From the NCBI GenBank assembly GCA_963721525.1, contig CAVRJL010000015.1:163672-227671 (forward strand): a DNA stretch of 64,000 nucleotides. The letters are read 5' to 3'. Shown here piece by piece: positions 11,372-23,162 of the stretch. This stretch comes from an uncultured Negativicutes bacterium (GTDB lineage: Bacteria; Bacillota; Negativicutes; JBAXTZ01). Under the pieces are notes generated by a model. That model saw only the letters and a list, made by a program, of their open reading frames with translations. It was not told the DNA's origin and did no database searches. Position numbers and translations under genes: made by a program. The number at the start of each line of letters is the position of its first letter. Position 1 is the first letter of the stretch.

Positions 11372-13495
11372 CTATCCCACTATTTTTGTACAATTAAAAA
11401 ACCTGCAACTTAATTCTTTAATATTGATTAATAAATTTAAACGATTATTTTTAACTTTTTCATCATCAACCATAATCAGAATTTTATCGAAAAAATTATT
11501 AATAATATAAACTAATGTTTCGAGTTTTTCAAAATATTCAGAAACATTAATATCTTTTTCAGAAATTTTATTTAAATTTTCAATCTCTCTATAAGCTTTG
11601 TATAGTTGTAATTCAGCTTTTTCTACAAATAAGTCTTTATCTATTTTCTTTTGTTTTTGTTCAGGTAAATAATTTTTACTTATATTTATTATTCTAGTAT
11701 ACGCATTAATAAGTTGCTTAAATCCATCTTTCTTACTAACTTTATTTATAATATCTGCTTTTTCTAATATTTTTTGCGGATAATTCAGTTCATTGATTGT
11801 TAAAACAGCATCAATAATATCGTATCGTATATTATGTTTTTGCAGCACTCTCTTTAACGTTTGATTAAAAAACCTCTTAATAATTTTATAAACAGAATCT
11901 TTTCCATTACCGCTTTTTATATTATAGTATTGTTTTTTAGAATGATTAAAATTGTTTAAGGATTTAAAAATAATAAAATCTATAGACAATTTATCAATAC
12001 TTGTTGCTAAAATATTTACAATAGCCATTATTTGTCTTCGTATTCCATGAGGATCTTGCGAACTTGTTGGTATTTCCCCAGTAATTATACAAGCACAAAT
12101 ATTATCTATTTTATCCACCATGGATAATATTTTGCCTATTATTGAGTTCGGCAAACTATCTCCAATAAAACGAGGTAAATAATGTTCGTATATAGCATCT
12201 GCTACTTCTGCGTTTTCACCAGCAAGTAACGCATATTCCCGCCCCATATAACCTTGAAGTTCAGGAAATTCACCTACTATATTTGTTGTTAAATCCGTTT
12301 TAGAAAGGTAAGCTGCCCTTTCTAAGTTAGTAAAATCAACCTCCTTTCCCTTGCTATAATTTCCGCCATAATATGTATACAAAAATTCATACGCTAAATA
12401 TTTAATTCGTTTAGTTTTAGCTAAAAGAGAATTTTCAAGTAAACCTTCATAAAAAACTATATGCTCAAGCTTACTTACTCTATTTACTGGTTTTACTTTA
12501 CAATCTTCATCAAAAAAAAATTGTGCATCTGCCAAGCGCGCACGCAATACTCTTTCATTTCCCTTTTTTACTAAATCCAATTGTTCATTATTACCATTAC
12601 GCACCGCTATAAATTTATTTAATAAATTCCCTTGAGTATCTTTTACAGGAAAATATTTTTGATGTTCTTTCATCGGCGTTATTATTACTAGTTCTGGTAA
12701 TTTTAAATATTTTTTCTCAAATTCACCCATAAAAGCATAAGGATATTCCACCAAATAAGTAACTTCGTTAAGTAATTTTTCATCTATTTCGACTTTAATA
12801 TTGCTATCCGAAGCTAATTTTTCTATTTGCTTTTTTATTTCATTTTTACGTTCATTCTGGTCTATAATTACAAAATTTTTTGTTAATTCGGTAAAATAAC
12901 GATTAATAGAATTTATTTTTATCGCTTCTTTAGTTAAAAATCTATGCCCAAACGTGAATCTATTTGACTTAATACCAGCAAATTCCATATCTATCAAGTC
13001 TTTATCCAGCAAAGCAAGTATCCAATGGATAGGGCGAACAAATTTTGTGTTCGATGTACCCCAACGCATAGTTTGAGAAAATTTCAATGTATTTATTATT
13101 TGAGTTAATATATTCGGCAAAATTTCTTGTGTTGCTATACCTTTGATAACTTTATTAGCATAGATATATCCTTCTTTTTGAACCAGACTATTTAATTCAA
13201 CATTTTGTGAACGGGCAAACCCCTCTCCTGCTTTTGTCCAGGCACCTTCTTCATTTAAAGCAACTTTTATTGATGGCCCTTTAATAGATATTTTTCTATC
13301 AGATTGTTTTTCTGGTAAACTTTTAATAAACAATACTATCCTGCGAGGTGTTCCTAAAGATTCTATTTTACTATATTTTAGTGCATTTTTAAAAAATATA
13401 TTTGCTGCTATCTCTTTTATTTGACTTAAAATATTATCCATAAATCGTGCAGGTATTTCTTCTGTTCCTATTTCCAATAAAAAATCCTTAAACAT
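11372..13495 (-). CDS. glyS: Glycine--tRNA ligase beta subunit
   Basis: FLLEIGTEEIP, TPRR, FVRPIHWI, LVEYP, GNERVLRARLADA, EFPELQG, NRLNLL. Confidence 0.97.
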   Translation of the reverse strand: MFKDFLLEIGTEEIPARFMDNILSQIKEIAANIFFKNALKYSKIESLGTPRRIVLFIKSLPEKQSDRKISIKGPSIKVALNEEGAWTKAGEGFARSQNVELNSLVQKEGYIYANKVIKGIATQEILPNILTQIINTLKFSQTMRWGTSNTKFVRPIHWILALLDKDLIDMEFAGIKSNRFTFGHRFLTKEAIKINSINRYFTELTKNFVIIDQNERKNEIKKQIEKLASDSNIKVEIDEKLLNEVTYLVEYPYAFMGEFEKKYLKLPELVIITPMKEHQKYFPVKDTQGNLLNKFIAVRNGNNEQLDLVKKGNERVLRARLADAQFFFDEDCKVKPVNRVSKLEHIVFYEGLLENSLLAKTKRIKYLAYEFLYTYYGGNYSKGKEVDFTNLERAAYLSKTDLTTNIVGEFPELQGYMGREYALLAGENAEVADAIYEHYLPRFIGDSLPNSIIGKILSMVDKIDNICACIITGEIPTSSQDPHGIRRQIMAIVNILATSIDKLSIDFIIFKSLNNFNHSKKQYYNIKSGNGKDSVYKIIKRFFNQTLKRVLQKHNIRYDIIDAVLTINELNYPQKILEKADIINKVSKKDGFKQLINAYTRIINISKNYLPEQKQKKIDKDLFVEKAELQLYKAYREIENLNKISEKDINVSEYFEKLETLVYIINNFFDKILIMVDDEKVKNNRLNLLINIKELSCRFFNCTKIVG

Positions 13496-13498
13496 TTA

Positions 13499-14371
13499 TT
13501 AAACACCTTTCAATAATGGAAATCCCATTTTTTCTCTTTGTCTCACATATGTTTGTGCACATAATACAGCTAATTTTCTCACTTTAGCTATATAAGTTGC
13601 CCTAGCACCAACCCCAATAGCTCCTCGAGCTTCCAATAAATTAAATACATGGGAACACTTTAAAACGTAGTCATAAGCAGGCATAACTGCCTTTTTATTT
13701 ATTGTTTTTTCTGCTTCAAGCTCATATTTATCAAATAAATCAAACAATAAATTTATATCAGCAAATTCAAAAGCGTATTTAGAATTTTCATATTCATTTT
13801 GTTTAAATACGTCTCCATAAGATACTCCTTTTACACATTCTAAATCATAAACATTTTCTACTCCTTGCATATACATAGCAAGACGTTCTAAACCAATAGT
13901 AATTTCAGCAGCAATAGGATTACATTCTAAACTCCCCACTTGCTGAAAATAGGTAAACTGTGTAATTTCCATACCGTCTAACCATACTTCCCAACCTAAT
14001 CCCGCTGCTCCAAATGTAGGATTTTCCCAGTTATCTTCTACAAATCTTATATCATGTTTTAAAGGATCAATCCCAGTTTCCATTAAACAATTTAAATATA
14101 TTTCTTGTATATTAAATGGCGCTGGTTTCATAAGAACTTGAAATTGATGGTGCTGAAATAAACGATTAGGATTCTCTCCATATCGCCCGTCTTTTGGTCG
14201 ACGGCTAGGTTCTACATAGGCAACATTCCAAGGCTCGGGGCCGAGTACCCTTAAAAAACTAGCAGGATTAATTGTACCCGCTCCTTTTTCTATATCATAA
14301 GGCTGAGCTATAATACAATTTTGCATTGCCCAATAATTCTGTAGCTTTAAAATTAAATTCTGTAAGGTCAT
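13499..14371 (-). CDS. glyQ: Glycine--tRNA ligase alpha subunit
   Basis: [52 protein letters not shown]. Confidence 0.99.
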   Translation of the reverse strand: MTLQNLILKLQNYWAMQNCIIAQPYDIEKGAGTINPASFLRVLGPEPWNVAYVEPSRRPKDGRYGENPNRLFQHHQFQVLMKPAPFNIQEIYLNCLMETGIDPLKHDIRFVEDNWENPTFGAAGLGWEVWLDGMEITQFTYFQQVGSLECNPIAAEITIGLERLAMYMQGVENVYDLECVKGVSYGDVFKQNEYENSKYAFEFADINLLFDLFDKYELEAEKTINKKAVMPAYDYVLKCSHVFNLLEARGAIGVGARATYIAKVRKLAVLCAQTYVRQREKMGFPLLKGV

Positions 14372-14626
14372 TTATCCTCCATAATACAAAATATTTACTC
14401 AACGTTTTTTATGAAATCACTTTTCATATAATATGCTTGTATTATTCCCTTATCATCATATATTCCTGCTATATCAATTTTACAATTAATTTATTGTATA
14501 AATTAATTGTTATTAATAATGTTTAGCTACTTTAACTACATTTGCTATTTCACTTCTAGTAATAATTTTCATAGGTAAGTCTAATCTTGTAAATCTATTT
14601 GTTTTTATCTAAGTCATAAACGTAAG

Positions 14627-15421
14627 TCAATCTATTACCCTTGTCTGGCTGTTTAATATTATCGAAATAGGAGAAAATGTTTTTCTATGTTCGCTTGTAA
14701 TTCCATATTTGAATAAGGCTTCCATATGTTTTTTTGTCCCATATCCTTTATGTTTGACAAATCCATACCAAGGATATAGTTCATCAAGTTTGTCCATTAT
14801 CTCATCTCGAATAACTTTTGCCATAATGGAAGCTGCAGCCACAGATAAACTTTTTTCATCCGCCTTTGTAATACTGAAAACCTTGGCATCTTTTATATCT
14901 GGCAACGGCATAGCATCGCTTATTATAACTTTAGGTCTTAATTTTAAGCCCTCTATTGCTTTATACATGGCTAATTTGCTTGCCTGATGAATATTAATTT
15001 TATCAATTGTTTTCACATCCACTATTGCAAAATTATAAGTAAGTGCTTTTTTTTTTATTTCAACAAATATTTTTTTACGCATTGATTGAGATAATTTTTT
15101 CGAATCATTTAAATTTATTATTTTTATATTTTTCAGAAAAATTACAACCGCAGCAACAACAGGTCCAGCTAACGATCCTCTCCCTACTTCATCTATTCCT
15201 GCTATTAAAGAATACCCTTGGTTAATAAACATATTTTCATATTGTAGCATTTTTTCTAAACGTATATCTTCTTTTATTTTATTTTCCAAACGTTTTTTAT
15301 ACTGTTTTACTAATATTTTTACCGTTATTCTTTTATCTTTTTCTAATTGATATAAAGCATTATTGCTAATATTTCCTTTTTTTAATAAAATAGAAATCTG
15401 AGCACTTGTTAAATTATTCAA
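14627..15421 (-). CDS. rnhB: Ribonuclease HII
   Basis: AGIDEVGRG.LAGPV, DSKKL, VAAASIMAKVIRD, HKGYGT, HRKTF. Confidence 0.97.
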   Translation of the reverse strand: MNNLTSAQISILLKKGNISNNALYQLEKDKRITVKILVKQYKKRLENKIKEDIRLEKMLQYENMFINQGYSLIAGIDEVGRGSLAGPVVAAVVIFLKNIKIINLNDSKKLSQSMRKKIFVEIKKKALTYNFAIVDVKTIDKINIHQASKLAMYKAIEGLKLRPKVIISDAMPLPDIKDAKVFSITKADEKSLSVAAASIMAKVIRDEIMDKLDELYPWYGFVKHKGYGTKKHMEALFKYGITSEHRKTFSPISIILNSQTRVID

Positions 15422-15828
15422 AATATTTTCCTCTTAGTTTTGTTAACCTAAAATAATGCGCGTTGAAATTATAATTTAATATAAAGTTCTTCGCATTTTA
15501 TCTAATATTAATTTTTATCTATATTTACATATTACTTTATTATTGCTCTGTTTATATATTTTATAATTAAATATTTCTTTATCTTTTAAAAAAGTTTAAT
15601 CTAGCAATTAACGTTTTTTACTATCAGAAGTGTGTACTATATTTTTTATGTACAGAAAATTTCCACGCATTGGTCCGGACGCAGCCTTTAATAGTTGGGT
15701 TATTCCTATCATTACACTAAAAAAATAACTATGGTCTATATAATATTTTTTAGATATCTTGCTAATTATTTTTATCGTTTTAATTTCAATTATTATTAAC
15801 CATTTTAAGTTTTTTTATTTCGTAAGGT

Positions 15829-16377
15829 TTAATTAGAATCAATGTTATTTACGTTTTCAATATTTTTCTTATTAATATTTTTATAAGTTTTGATAAGTTC
15901 TATATAAATTTTTGCGGATTGTTTTATTTTATTTATTTCGTTATCAGTTAATTTTCTTATAAATCTCGCTGGAATCCCAGCAAATAAAGAATAAGAGGGA
16001 ACAACTTTATTTGCAGTTACTACTGATCCTGCCGCTATTAACGCACAGTCAGATATTTTAGCTCCATTTAATATTATGGCTCCCATACCTACTAATACAT
16101 TGTCCGAAATTGTACAAGCATGCACCACAGTATTATGACCCATAGTAACGTTACAACCTATTCTACAAGACTTCTCTAAATCTCCATGTATTACAGAATT
16201 ATCTTGTATATTCGTATTTCTTCCAATAATAATTGGACCACAATCTCCTCTTAATACAGTATTAAACCAGATGCTTGAATTTTCTTCTATTTGTACATTG
16301 CCAATAATCCTTGTTCCTGCCGCAATAAAGCAACTTTTGTCGATTTTAGGACAATATTCTTTATATTTATAAATCAT
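15829..16377 (-). CDS. Gamma carbonic anhydrase family protein (YrdA-like)
   Basis: SIWFNTVLRGD, TNIQDNSVIH, TMGH..VVHAC, hexapeptide repeats. Confidence 0.92.
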   Translation of the reverse strand: MIYKYKEYCPKIDKSCFIAAGTRIIGNVQIEENSSIWFNTVLRGDCGPIIIGRNTNIQDNSVIHGDLEKSCRIGCNVTMGHNTVVHACTISDNVLVGMGAIILNGAKISDCALIAAGSVVTANKVVPSYSLFAGIPARFIRKLTDNEINKIKQSAKIYIELIKTYKNINKKNIENVNNIDSN

Positions 16378-16416
16378 AAAATTTCCTCTGAATACGTAAA
16401 TTATTTAAACTCTAAT

Positions 16417-18504
16417 TTATTTACCATTTACTCCTAATGATGCTTTACGAGATAAGTTTATTCTACCCATTTTATCAATTTCACTAACTTTTACTTTTAC
16501 TTCATCTCCTACTCTTATAACATCTTCAACTTTATTTACTCTTTCATTACTAAGCTGAGATATATGCACAAATCCTTCTTTATAAGGTAAAATTTCTATA
16601 AAAGCACCAAATTGCATTATACGAGTGACTTTCCCAATATATATTTTACCTACCTCTACTTCAGCAGTTAAAAGCTCTATCATTTTTTTTGCTTTTTCTC
16701 CTGCTATTGAGTCAATGGCAGCTATGAAAATTTTTCCATTGTCTTCAATATCAATTTTTGCTCCTGTCTCCTCGATAATCTTTTTTATAATTTTCCCACC
16801 AGGGCCTATAACATCTCGTATTTTGTTTGGATTAATTGATAATTTTATAATTCTCGGCGCAAAGGGTGATAATTCAGATCTAGGTTTATCAATAATTTCA
16901 AGCATTTTTTTCAATATATGAATTCGGCCTATTTTTGCTTGTTGCAAAGCATCATGTAATATTTCGTAGTTTAATCCATCTATTTTTACGTCCATTTGTA
17001 TAGCGGTAATTCCTTTAGAGGTTCCTGCTAATTTAAAATCCATATCCCCAAGCTTATCTTCTAATCCTTGTATATCTGTGAGTATACTATAATTATCCCC
17101 ATCTTTAACAAGCCCCATAGCTATTCCTGATACAGGCTCTTTTATAGGTACTCCTGCGTCCATTAAAGATAAAGTACTACCACACACACTTCCCATTGAA
17201 CTGGATCCATTTGATTCCAAAACTTCTGAAACTAAACGCATTGTATAAGGAAATTCTTCGTCAGTTGGTAACACAGGTAAAAGTGCTCTTTCAGCAAGTG
17301 AACCATGTCCTATTTCCCTTCTTCCCGGACTTCGTTGAGGTTTAACCTCTCCAACGCAATAACCCGGAAAATTATAATGATGCATATACTTTTTCGATCC
17401 TTCAATGCCAACCCCATCTAAAATTTGTTCTTCGCTTAAACAACCTAATGTGATTATTGTCATCACTTGTGTTTGCCCTCTCGTAAAAAGAGCTGAGCCA
17501 TGAGTTCGTCTAAATAAATCTACTTCGCAGCTTATAGGACGAATCTCATTAAGTGTTCTCCCATCCGGGCGTATTTTATCAACAACTATCATTTTACGAA
17601 CAATATCTTCTACAATTGCTAATATTATATAAGAAATGTCTTTTTCATTATCAGGATATATTGAAATAAAATATTCTTTAGATTGTTTAACTACTTCAGC
17701 AATTGCTTCTTCGCGTTGAAACTTATCAGTATTTTTAACAGCGATTTTGAGATTATTTCCAACATATTCTATAAGCGCTTCTTCTATTGCCTTAGGTGGA
17801 ACATACGCCTCCACTTCCTTTTTCTCTTTTCCTATCGCAGCAACTATTTTTTCTTGAAAAGTTACTATTTTTTTAATTTCTTCATGTGCAAAAATAATTC
17901 CATCAAGAATAACTTTTTCAGGCAATTGATCTGCTTCTCCTTCAACCATAAGTATAGCGTCTTTTGTGCCGGCAATAACCATGTTCATAGGACTATTATC
18001 TAATTGTTCTATATTAGGATTAATAATATAATTTATACCATCAAACCCTACTTTTACTCCTGCTACAGGTCCGTTAAAAATAATATCAGATATCATTAAA
18101 GCAGTTGATGCACCTATTATTGCCGCTATTTCAGGACTATTATCAGGATCAACAGATAAAACTGTTGCAATGACTTGAACATCGTTTCTTAATCCAGCTT
18201 TGAATAAAGGTCTTAATGTCCTATCTATTAATCTACTTGTCAATATAGCGGATTCCGGTGGTCGCCCTTCTCGTTTAATAAATCCTCCAGGTATTTTACC
18301 AACAGAATAAAGTTTTTCTTCGTAGTCTACATTAAGTGGGAAAAAATCTATGCCCGCTCTAGGTTCTTTAGATTGAGTGACAGCTACTATTACAGCCGTA
18401 TCACCATAACGTACAAGAACCGAACCATTAGCTTGTTTCGCCATTTTTCCGAACTCAAGAATAAACTCTCTACCAGCAATATTTATTTTAAAAAATCTAT
18501 GCAT
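16417..18504 (-). CDS. pnp: Polyribonucleotide nucleotidyltransferase
   Basis: [50 protein letters not shown] and S1 domains. Confidence 0.99.
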   Translation of the reverse strand: MHRFFKINIAGREFILEFGKMAKQANGSVLVRYGDTAVIVAVTQSKEPRAGIDFFPLNVDYEEKLYSVGKIPGGFIKREGRPPESAILTSRLIDRTLRPLFKAGLRNDVQVIATVLSVDPDNSPEIAAIIGASTALMISDIIFNGPVAGVKVGFDGINYIINPNIEQLDNSPMNMVIAGTKDAILMVEGEADQLPEKVILDGIIFAHEEIKKIVTFQEKIVAAIGKEKKEVEAYVPPKAIEEALIEYVGNNLKIAVKNTDKFQREEAIAEVVKQSKEYFISIYPDNEKDISYIILAIVEDIVRKMIVVDKIRPDGRTLNEIRPISCEVDLFRRTHGSALFTRGQTQVMTIITLGCLSEEQILDGVGIEGSKKYMHHYNFPGYCVGEVKPQRSPGRREIGHGSLAERALLPVLPTDEEFPYTMRLVSEVLESNGSSSMGSVCGSTLSLMDAGVPIKEPVSGIAMGLVKDGDNYSILTDIQGLEDKLGDMDFKLAGTSKGITAIQMDVKIDGLNYEILHDALQQAKIGRIHILKKMLEIIDKPRSELSPFAPRIIKLSINPNKIRDVIGPGGKIIKKIIEETGAKIDIEDNGKIFIAAIDSIAGEKAKKMIELLTAEVEVGKIYIGKVTRIMQFGAFIEILPYKEGFVHISQLSNERVNKVEDVIRVGDEVKVKVSEIDKMGRINLSRKASLGVNGK

Positions 18505-18590
18505 ATTCCCTCCTATTCATTTGAACTTTAGACAAAACAAATATTTTTGATTCCCCAAAAATTCAGACTCGACTATATAATATTTTTAAT

Positions 18591-18614
18591 AAAAAAACGG
18601 GGAAAAACCCCCGT
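18591..18614 (-). terminator. Rho-independent terminator after rpsO
   Basis: Minus strand ACGGGG-GTTTTT-CCCCGT followed by a T run. Confidence 0.8.
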
Positions 18615-18619
18615 ATATA

Positions 18620-18886
18620 TTACTTTCGAACATTCAGTTTTTCAATAATATTACGATAACGTTCGAGTGAATTAGCTTTTAAATAGTTTAACAACCCTCT
18701 ACGTTTTCCGACTAGTCTTAATAATCCTCTGCGAGTATGATGGTCTTTATTGTGTTTTTTTAAATGTTCTGTTAAATAGGATATACGTTCTGTTATTAGC
18801 GCAGTTTGTACTTCAGGTGATCCTGTATCATTTTCACCGCGCGAATATAATTTTATAATTCCCGACTTTCTTTCTTTTGTTAACAT
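18620..18886 (-). CDS. rpsO: 30S ribosomal protein S15
   Basis: [37 protein letters not shown]; precedes pnp. Confidence 0.99.
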   Translation of the reverse strand: MLTKERKSGIIKLYSRGENDTGSPEVQTALITERISYLTEHLKKHNKDHHTRRGLLRLVGKRRGLLNYLKANSLERYRNIIEKLNVRK

Positions 18887-18909
18887 AATAATCTCCTCTA
18901 ACTCAATTT

Positions 18910-18960
18910 AACGCTCTGTACAGTAAACTATTGAGGAAATAAATAAACCATACAGGCGTA
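18910..18960 (-). promoter_or_regulatory. Possible S15 autoregulatory leader stem
   Basis: Complementary arms ACGCCTGTA...TACAGAGCGT just upstream of the rpsO SD (GAGGAG). S15 leaders occupy this position in Firmicutes. Confidence 0.45.
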
Positions 18961-19152
18961 TAATTAATAAGTGTAGCATAAAAAATATAATTAGCAATTA
19001 TTAGTAAATAGAAAAGCTTATACAAATAATACTATGTTATTTTTTTACTTTTAATAAATATAATTATAAACATTAAATTTTTATTGGTTTATTAACTTTT
19101 TATAAAGTATAATAGAATATGTTTTAAGTATTTAAAGAAAAAGGTTTTATTT

Positions 19153-20247
19153 ATGAAAGTTATACATGAAGAACTAGATATCTTAAGAGGATTTGCTCTT
19201 TTAGGACTAATCTTAAGAAATATAACATATACCTTTAACACAATCAAATTTAATGAAAAACCTATATTTTCTTTTGGCATTAATTTCGTTACAGATGTGA
19301 CATTTTTTTTTATGTTTTTAATAGGAATTACAATGTTTTTGTCAAAAGAAAATAATATAGCAGAAATAATTTTAAAAAAAGGTTTAAAATTTCTAATTGC
19401 TGGATTTACTTTAAATAGTTTTAGAGCTTTAATTTTTTATCTCATAGCTAAAAAAACGTATGGAGTAGCTAATTTAATTCCTGTAGGAGGAATAAGCTGT
19501 TTTAGTCCTATATTTAATGGAGATTTTTATCATTTTTTAGGATTGTTTTTTTTACTTTTCGGCTTAATTCTTTTTTTAAAAATACCTATAAATACTGCTT
19601 TTATTACGATTTTAGTCAGTATTTTTTTAATAAAACCAATTTTTTTAAAGGAAAATGAAATAATTTACTGGATCTATTTTTTGGGCTATTTTTATCCTCT
19701 AAAATCGTATACTGGGCATATGCTAATTCCAATATTTTTCCCGCTATTAAGCTGGATTTTTTATCCATTAACAGGTTATTTTTTCGGATATCTGATTCAA
19801 AAATATGAAAATGATAAAGAGAAGATGTATCGAATTTTGCTTAAAATAAGTTTTTTTGTATGTATAATACTAACTTATGTATTAATCATAAAACATCCTT
19901 TATATAATCCGTTCGGATTAGGAAAAAATAATACGCAATATTATCTACAAGATAGTATTGCGTATATCTCGATATCCCCCTATATAATCTTCGTATTAAG
20001 TTTAATCTTTTCTATTAAAGATATTATTATTCCACAAAAAGTAAAAACTTTCCTAATTCACTTAAGTAAAAATATCATTACTTACTATGTGTTGCAATGG
20101 ATAATAGTTGATTCTTTAAGATTATTAATCGGGCAATATTTCAACAGTAGTTATATTCTATGGATCATCTACTATTTTTTAACATTAAGTTTAATTGTTA
20201 TATTTGCAAATATATGTTTAAAAATTAAAAAAATAATAATAATATAG
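19153..20247 (+). CDS. Multi-pass membrane protein, DUF1624 / HGSNAT-like acyltransferase family
   Basis: N-terminal LDILRGFALL motif, FPLLSWIFYPLTG, many TM helices. The only plus-strand gene in the AT-rich segment. Confidence 0.7.
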   Translation: MKVIHEELDILRGFALLGLILRNITYTFNTIKFNEKPIFSFGINFVTDVTFFFMFLIGITMFLSKENNIAEIILKKGLKFLIAGFTLNSFRALIFYLIAKKTYGVANLIPVGGISCFSPIFNGDFYHFLGLFFLLFGLILFLKIPINTAFITILVSIFLIKPIFLKENEIIYWIYFLGYFYPLKSYTGHMLIPIFFPLLSWIFYPLTGYFFGYLIQKYENDKEKMYRILLKISFFVCIILTYVLIIKHPLYNPFGLGKNNTQYYLQDSIAYISISPYIIFVLSLIFSIKDIIIPQKVKTFLIHLSKNIITYYVLQWIIVDSLRLLIGQYFNSSYILWIIYYFLTLSLIVIFANICLKIKKIIII

Positions 20248-20253
20248 ATTAAC

Positions 20254-22617
20254 TTACTTTAAACTAATTTTGTCTACAATTGCTAAAGCAACCTTCTCAG
20301 GAGACATTGGTAAAGTATAGAAATTAATACCGATTGCATCATAAAGAGCATTAGCAATGGCCGAAGGTACAGAAATCATTGGATGCTCTCCGATACCACG
20401 AGCGCCAAACGGTCCATCTGCTTGCGGATATTCTATAATAATGGGTATAATTTCAATAGGAATATCTTTAGATGTTGGAATTTTATTATCTGTAAAAGAA
20501 GAATTCAGGAGATTTCCATCCTTGCTAAATTTAAAAGATTCCACTAAAGCCGAACCTATTCCTTGTAGTACGCCACCTATTATTTGTCCCTCAACTAATT
20601 TTCTATTGATGGCCTGTCCCACATCAAATGCAGATACTATTTTTATAATCTTGATTTCTCCTGTATCAATATCTACTTCAATTTCTACCCCATGCGCTCC
20701 AAACGTCCAATCTAAAGCTGGAAGACCTTGTCCAGTATCAGGGTTGAGGTAGGTTAATCCTTCAGCCATATAAATACCGTGAGCAATAACTGGTCCCCCA
20801 ATACCATTCCCATCCTCATATACATACCCCATAGCTAAATCTTTATAAGAAATGCGCTTATGAGTATGTTGGATATGAAAAATAGTTCCCATGCCATAAT
20901 CTAATTCTTCAATTGGACAACGCAATATCTGAACAGCAATTTCTTTCATTTGCTTCACCATATTGTGCGCACATCTTTTTACTGCATTCCCACCCATAAA
21001 TGTATATTTAGACGCAACGGTTGACCAATCATAAGGGTGTCTATCAGTATCATTCTCCTGAATTACCTTAACTTTTTCTAACGGAATATCCAAAACTTCA
21101 GCAGCAATTTGCGCTATTGCCGTATTCGAGCCTTGTCCCATATCTACTGCTCCAACCATAACACTGACATTACCGTCCTCATCCATTTGCATAATTGCTG
21201 AAGACGAAGTATTAGGAGGCATGGCAGGGGCTTTTTGCAAACAAGCTATACCTTTACCACGAACTTTACCTGTCTTTATTGCTGCTTGTTGCTTCTCCTT
21301 CGAACGATATCCTTCCCATTCTATTGCCTTAATTACCGCTTCAATACATTTAGCAGGCTTACCTGAATTTTCAGTAATATGCTCCCCGCTAATAGTAATC
21401 GAGTTGGCGCGCAAAATATTTTTCATACGGAACTCGTAAGGATCCATGCTAAGCTTTTGTGCAACTAAATCCATCTGACGCTCGATAATCCAATGTGTTT
21501 CCAAATGGCCGAACCCACGATAAGCTGTACTAAAAACTTTATTAGTATATAACGTGCGAGAATGCAATTCAATATTGGAAATATCATAAGGCCCTGCTCC
21601 TGAATAAATAGCAGCTCTACCAACATTTACCCCATAATCAGCATAGGCTCCACTATCCCAATCATAATAAATTTCCATAGCTATAATTTTACCGTCGTTA
21701 GTGACTCCTGTTTTAATGCGACCACGCATACCAGCACGACAAGGTAATTGATTGAATTCTTCTTCACGCGTAGCGGTTAATTTAACAGGGCGTCCTTTAC
21801 AAGCTTTTGAAAGAATAGCTACTAATGGTTCAAGATGGATACCTGCTTTACCACCAAACCCACCTCCTACATAAGGTACAATTATTTGAATCTCTTGCCT
21901 AGAAATTCCTAATGCCTTAGCTAAAAGCTGTCTTACGCCAAAGGGAGATTGTGTCGAAGACCAGACTTTTAATTGATTAGAATATGGGTTAGCTTGAGCA
22001 ATCGCTACATGAGTTTCTATCGGTACATGCCCCACTGGTGGTAAACTCAGCTCATTTTTTACAATCAAATTTGCTGCGATAAATCCTTTTTGTATATTCC
22101 CCTTTATAGTTTTATTCCAGCTTGCAATATTAGAATCATTCTGAGGGAAAAATACTCCTTTAATATACTCTAATTCATTAATATCTTCATGAACTAATAT
22201 TTTCCCCTCTAAAGCCTCATCAATTGTTTTTACGCTGGGTAACTTATTGTATTTAACCTTTATAAGAGCAAGTGCGCGTTCGGCAGTTTCTTCATTAACA
22301 GCTGCTACGGCTACAACCGGCTCGCCTTGGTATCTCACTTTTTCTCTCGCTAAGATTCGTTTATCTACCATATATAATCCAAGTAAATATGGAATATCTT
22401 TGCCTGTAAGAATAACCTTTACTCCTGCTAATTTTTTTGCAGCACTTATGTCTATAGATACAATTTCCGCTCTGGCATGTGGAGAATGCAAGCATTTTGC
22501 ATAAAGCATTCCAGGTAATTCCATGTCAAAAGTATAAACTGCTCTTCCTGTTACTTTTTCACAAGCATCTATTCTCAAGGGAGATTTTCCAATATATCGA
22601 TATTGTTTTTCAGCCAT
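20254..22617 (-). CDS. Xanthine dehydrogenase family molybdopterin-binding subunit
   Basis: KVTGRAVY, SPHARA, GGGFGGK, AYRGFG, DMGQG, VEGQIIGG, ARGIGEHP (catalytic Glu). Confidence 0.95.
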   Translation of the reverse strand: MAEKQYRYIGKSPLRIDACEKVTGRAVYTFDMELPGMLYAKCLHSPHARAEIVSIDISAAKKLAGVKVILTGKDIPYLLGLYMVDKRILAREKVRYQGEPVVAVAAVNEETAERALALIKVKYNKLPSVKTIDEALEGKILVHEDINELEYIKGVFFPQNDSNIASWNKTIKGNIQKGFIAANLIVKNELSLPPVGHVPIETHVAIAQANPYSNQLKVWSSTQSPFGVRQLLAKALGISRQEIQIIVPYVGGGFGGKAGIHLEPLVAILSKACKGRPVKLTATREEEFNQLPCRAGMRGRIKTGVTNDGKIIAMEIYYDWDSGAYADYGVNVGRAAIYSGAGPYDISNIELHSRTLYTNKVFSTAYRGFGHLETHWIIERQMDLVAQKLSMDPYEFRMKNILRANSITISGEHITENSGKPAKCIEAVIKAIEWEGYRSKEKQQAAIKTGKVRGKGIACLQKAPAMPPNTSSSAIMQMDEDGNVSVMVGAVDMGQGSNTAIAQIAAEVLDIPLEKVKVIQENDTDRHPYDWSTVASKYTFMGGNAVKRCAHNMVKQMKEIAVQILRCPIEELDYGMGTIFHIQHTHKRISYKDLAMGYVYEDGNGIGGPVIAHGIYMAEGLTYLNPDTGQGLPALDWTFGAHGVEIEVDIDTGEIKIIKIVSAFDVGQAINRKLVEGQIIGGVLQGIGSALVESFKFSKDGNLLNSSFTDNKIPTSKDIPIEIIPIIIEYPQADGPFGARGIGEHPMISVPSAIANALYDAIGINFYTLPMSPEKVALAIVDKISLK

Positions 22618-23152
22618 TTCCCCTTGCCTCACTTTCCAGTTTAGCCGCTGCTAATATAGCTTTAATAATTGGGGTATATCCCGTGCATCTGCAAAAATTA
22701 CCGGCAATCGCCTCTTTTATTTCCTCAATAGTTGGATTTTGATTTCGATCCAATAAAGACCGTGCTGACATTAACATTCCCGGAGTACAAAAACCACATT
22801 GCAAAGCATCATAATTTATAAACGCTTGTTGTAAAATTGAAAGCTTTCCATCTTTGCTTAAACCTTCTACTGTAATAATTTTTGCCTTTTCAGCCTCAAC
22901 CGCTAAAACCATACACGAATTTACCGTTTTACCATTCATACTAACAGTACAAGCTCCACATTCTCCTTCTCCGCAACCTTCTTTAGTCCCAAAAAGTTTC
23001 AGCGTATTACGTAAAAAACTCAACAAAGTCATTGTCGGGTCAATCATTGCTTCCACCTGTTCACCATTTACAGAACAACTAAGTTTAACGCGTGGAAAAC
23101 TAGAATCAATATATATAAAACAATTCTGTTTATCAGTATAATTTTCGCACAT
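22610..23152 (-). CDS. Xanthine dehydrogenase family (2Fe-2S)-binding subunit
   Basis: GTKEGCGEGECGACTV, QCGFCTPG, NFCRCTGY; GAGGT SD before the ATG at 23152. Confidence 0.96.
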   Translation of the reverse strand: MCENYTDKQNCFIYIDSSFPRVKLSCSVNGEQVEAMIDPTMTLLSFLRNTLKLFGTKEGCGEGECGACTVSMNGKTVNSCMVLAVEAEKAKIITVEGLSKDGKLSILQQAFINYDALQCGFCTPGMLMSARSLLDRNQNPTIEEIKEAIAGNFCRCTGYTPIIKAILAAAKLESEARGNG

Positions 23153-23162
23153 TTTAGAGACC

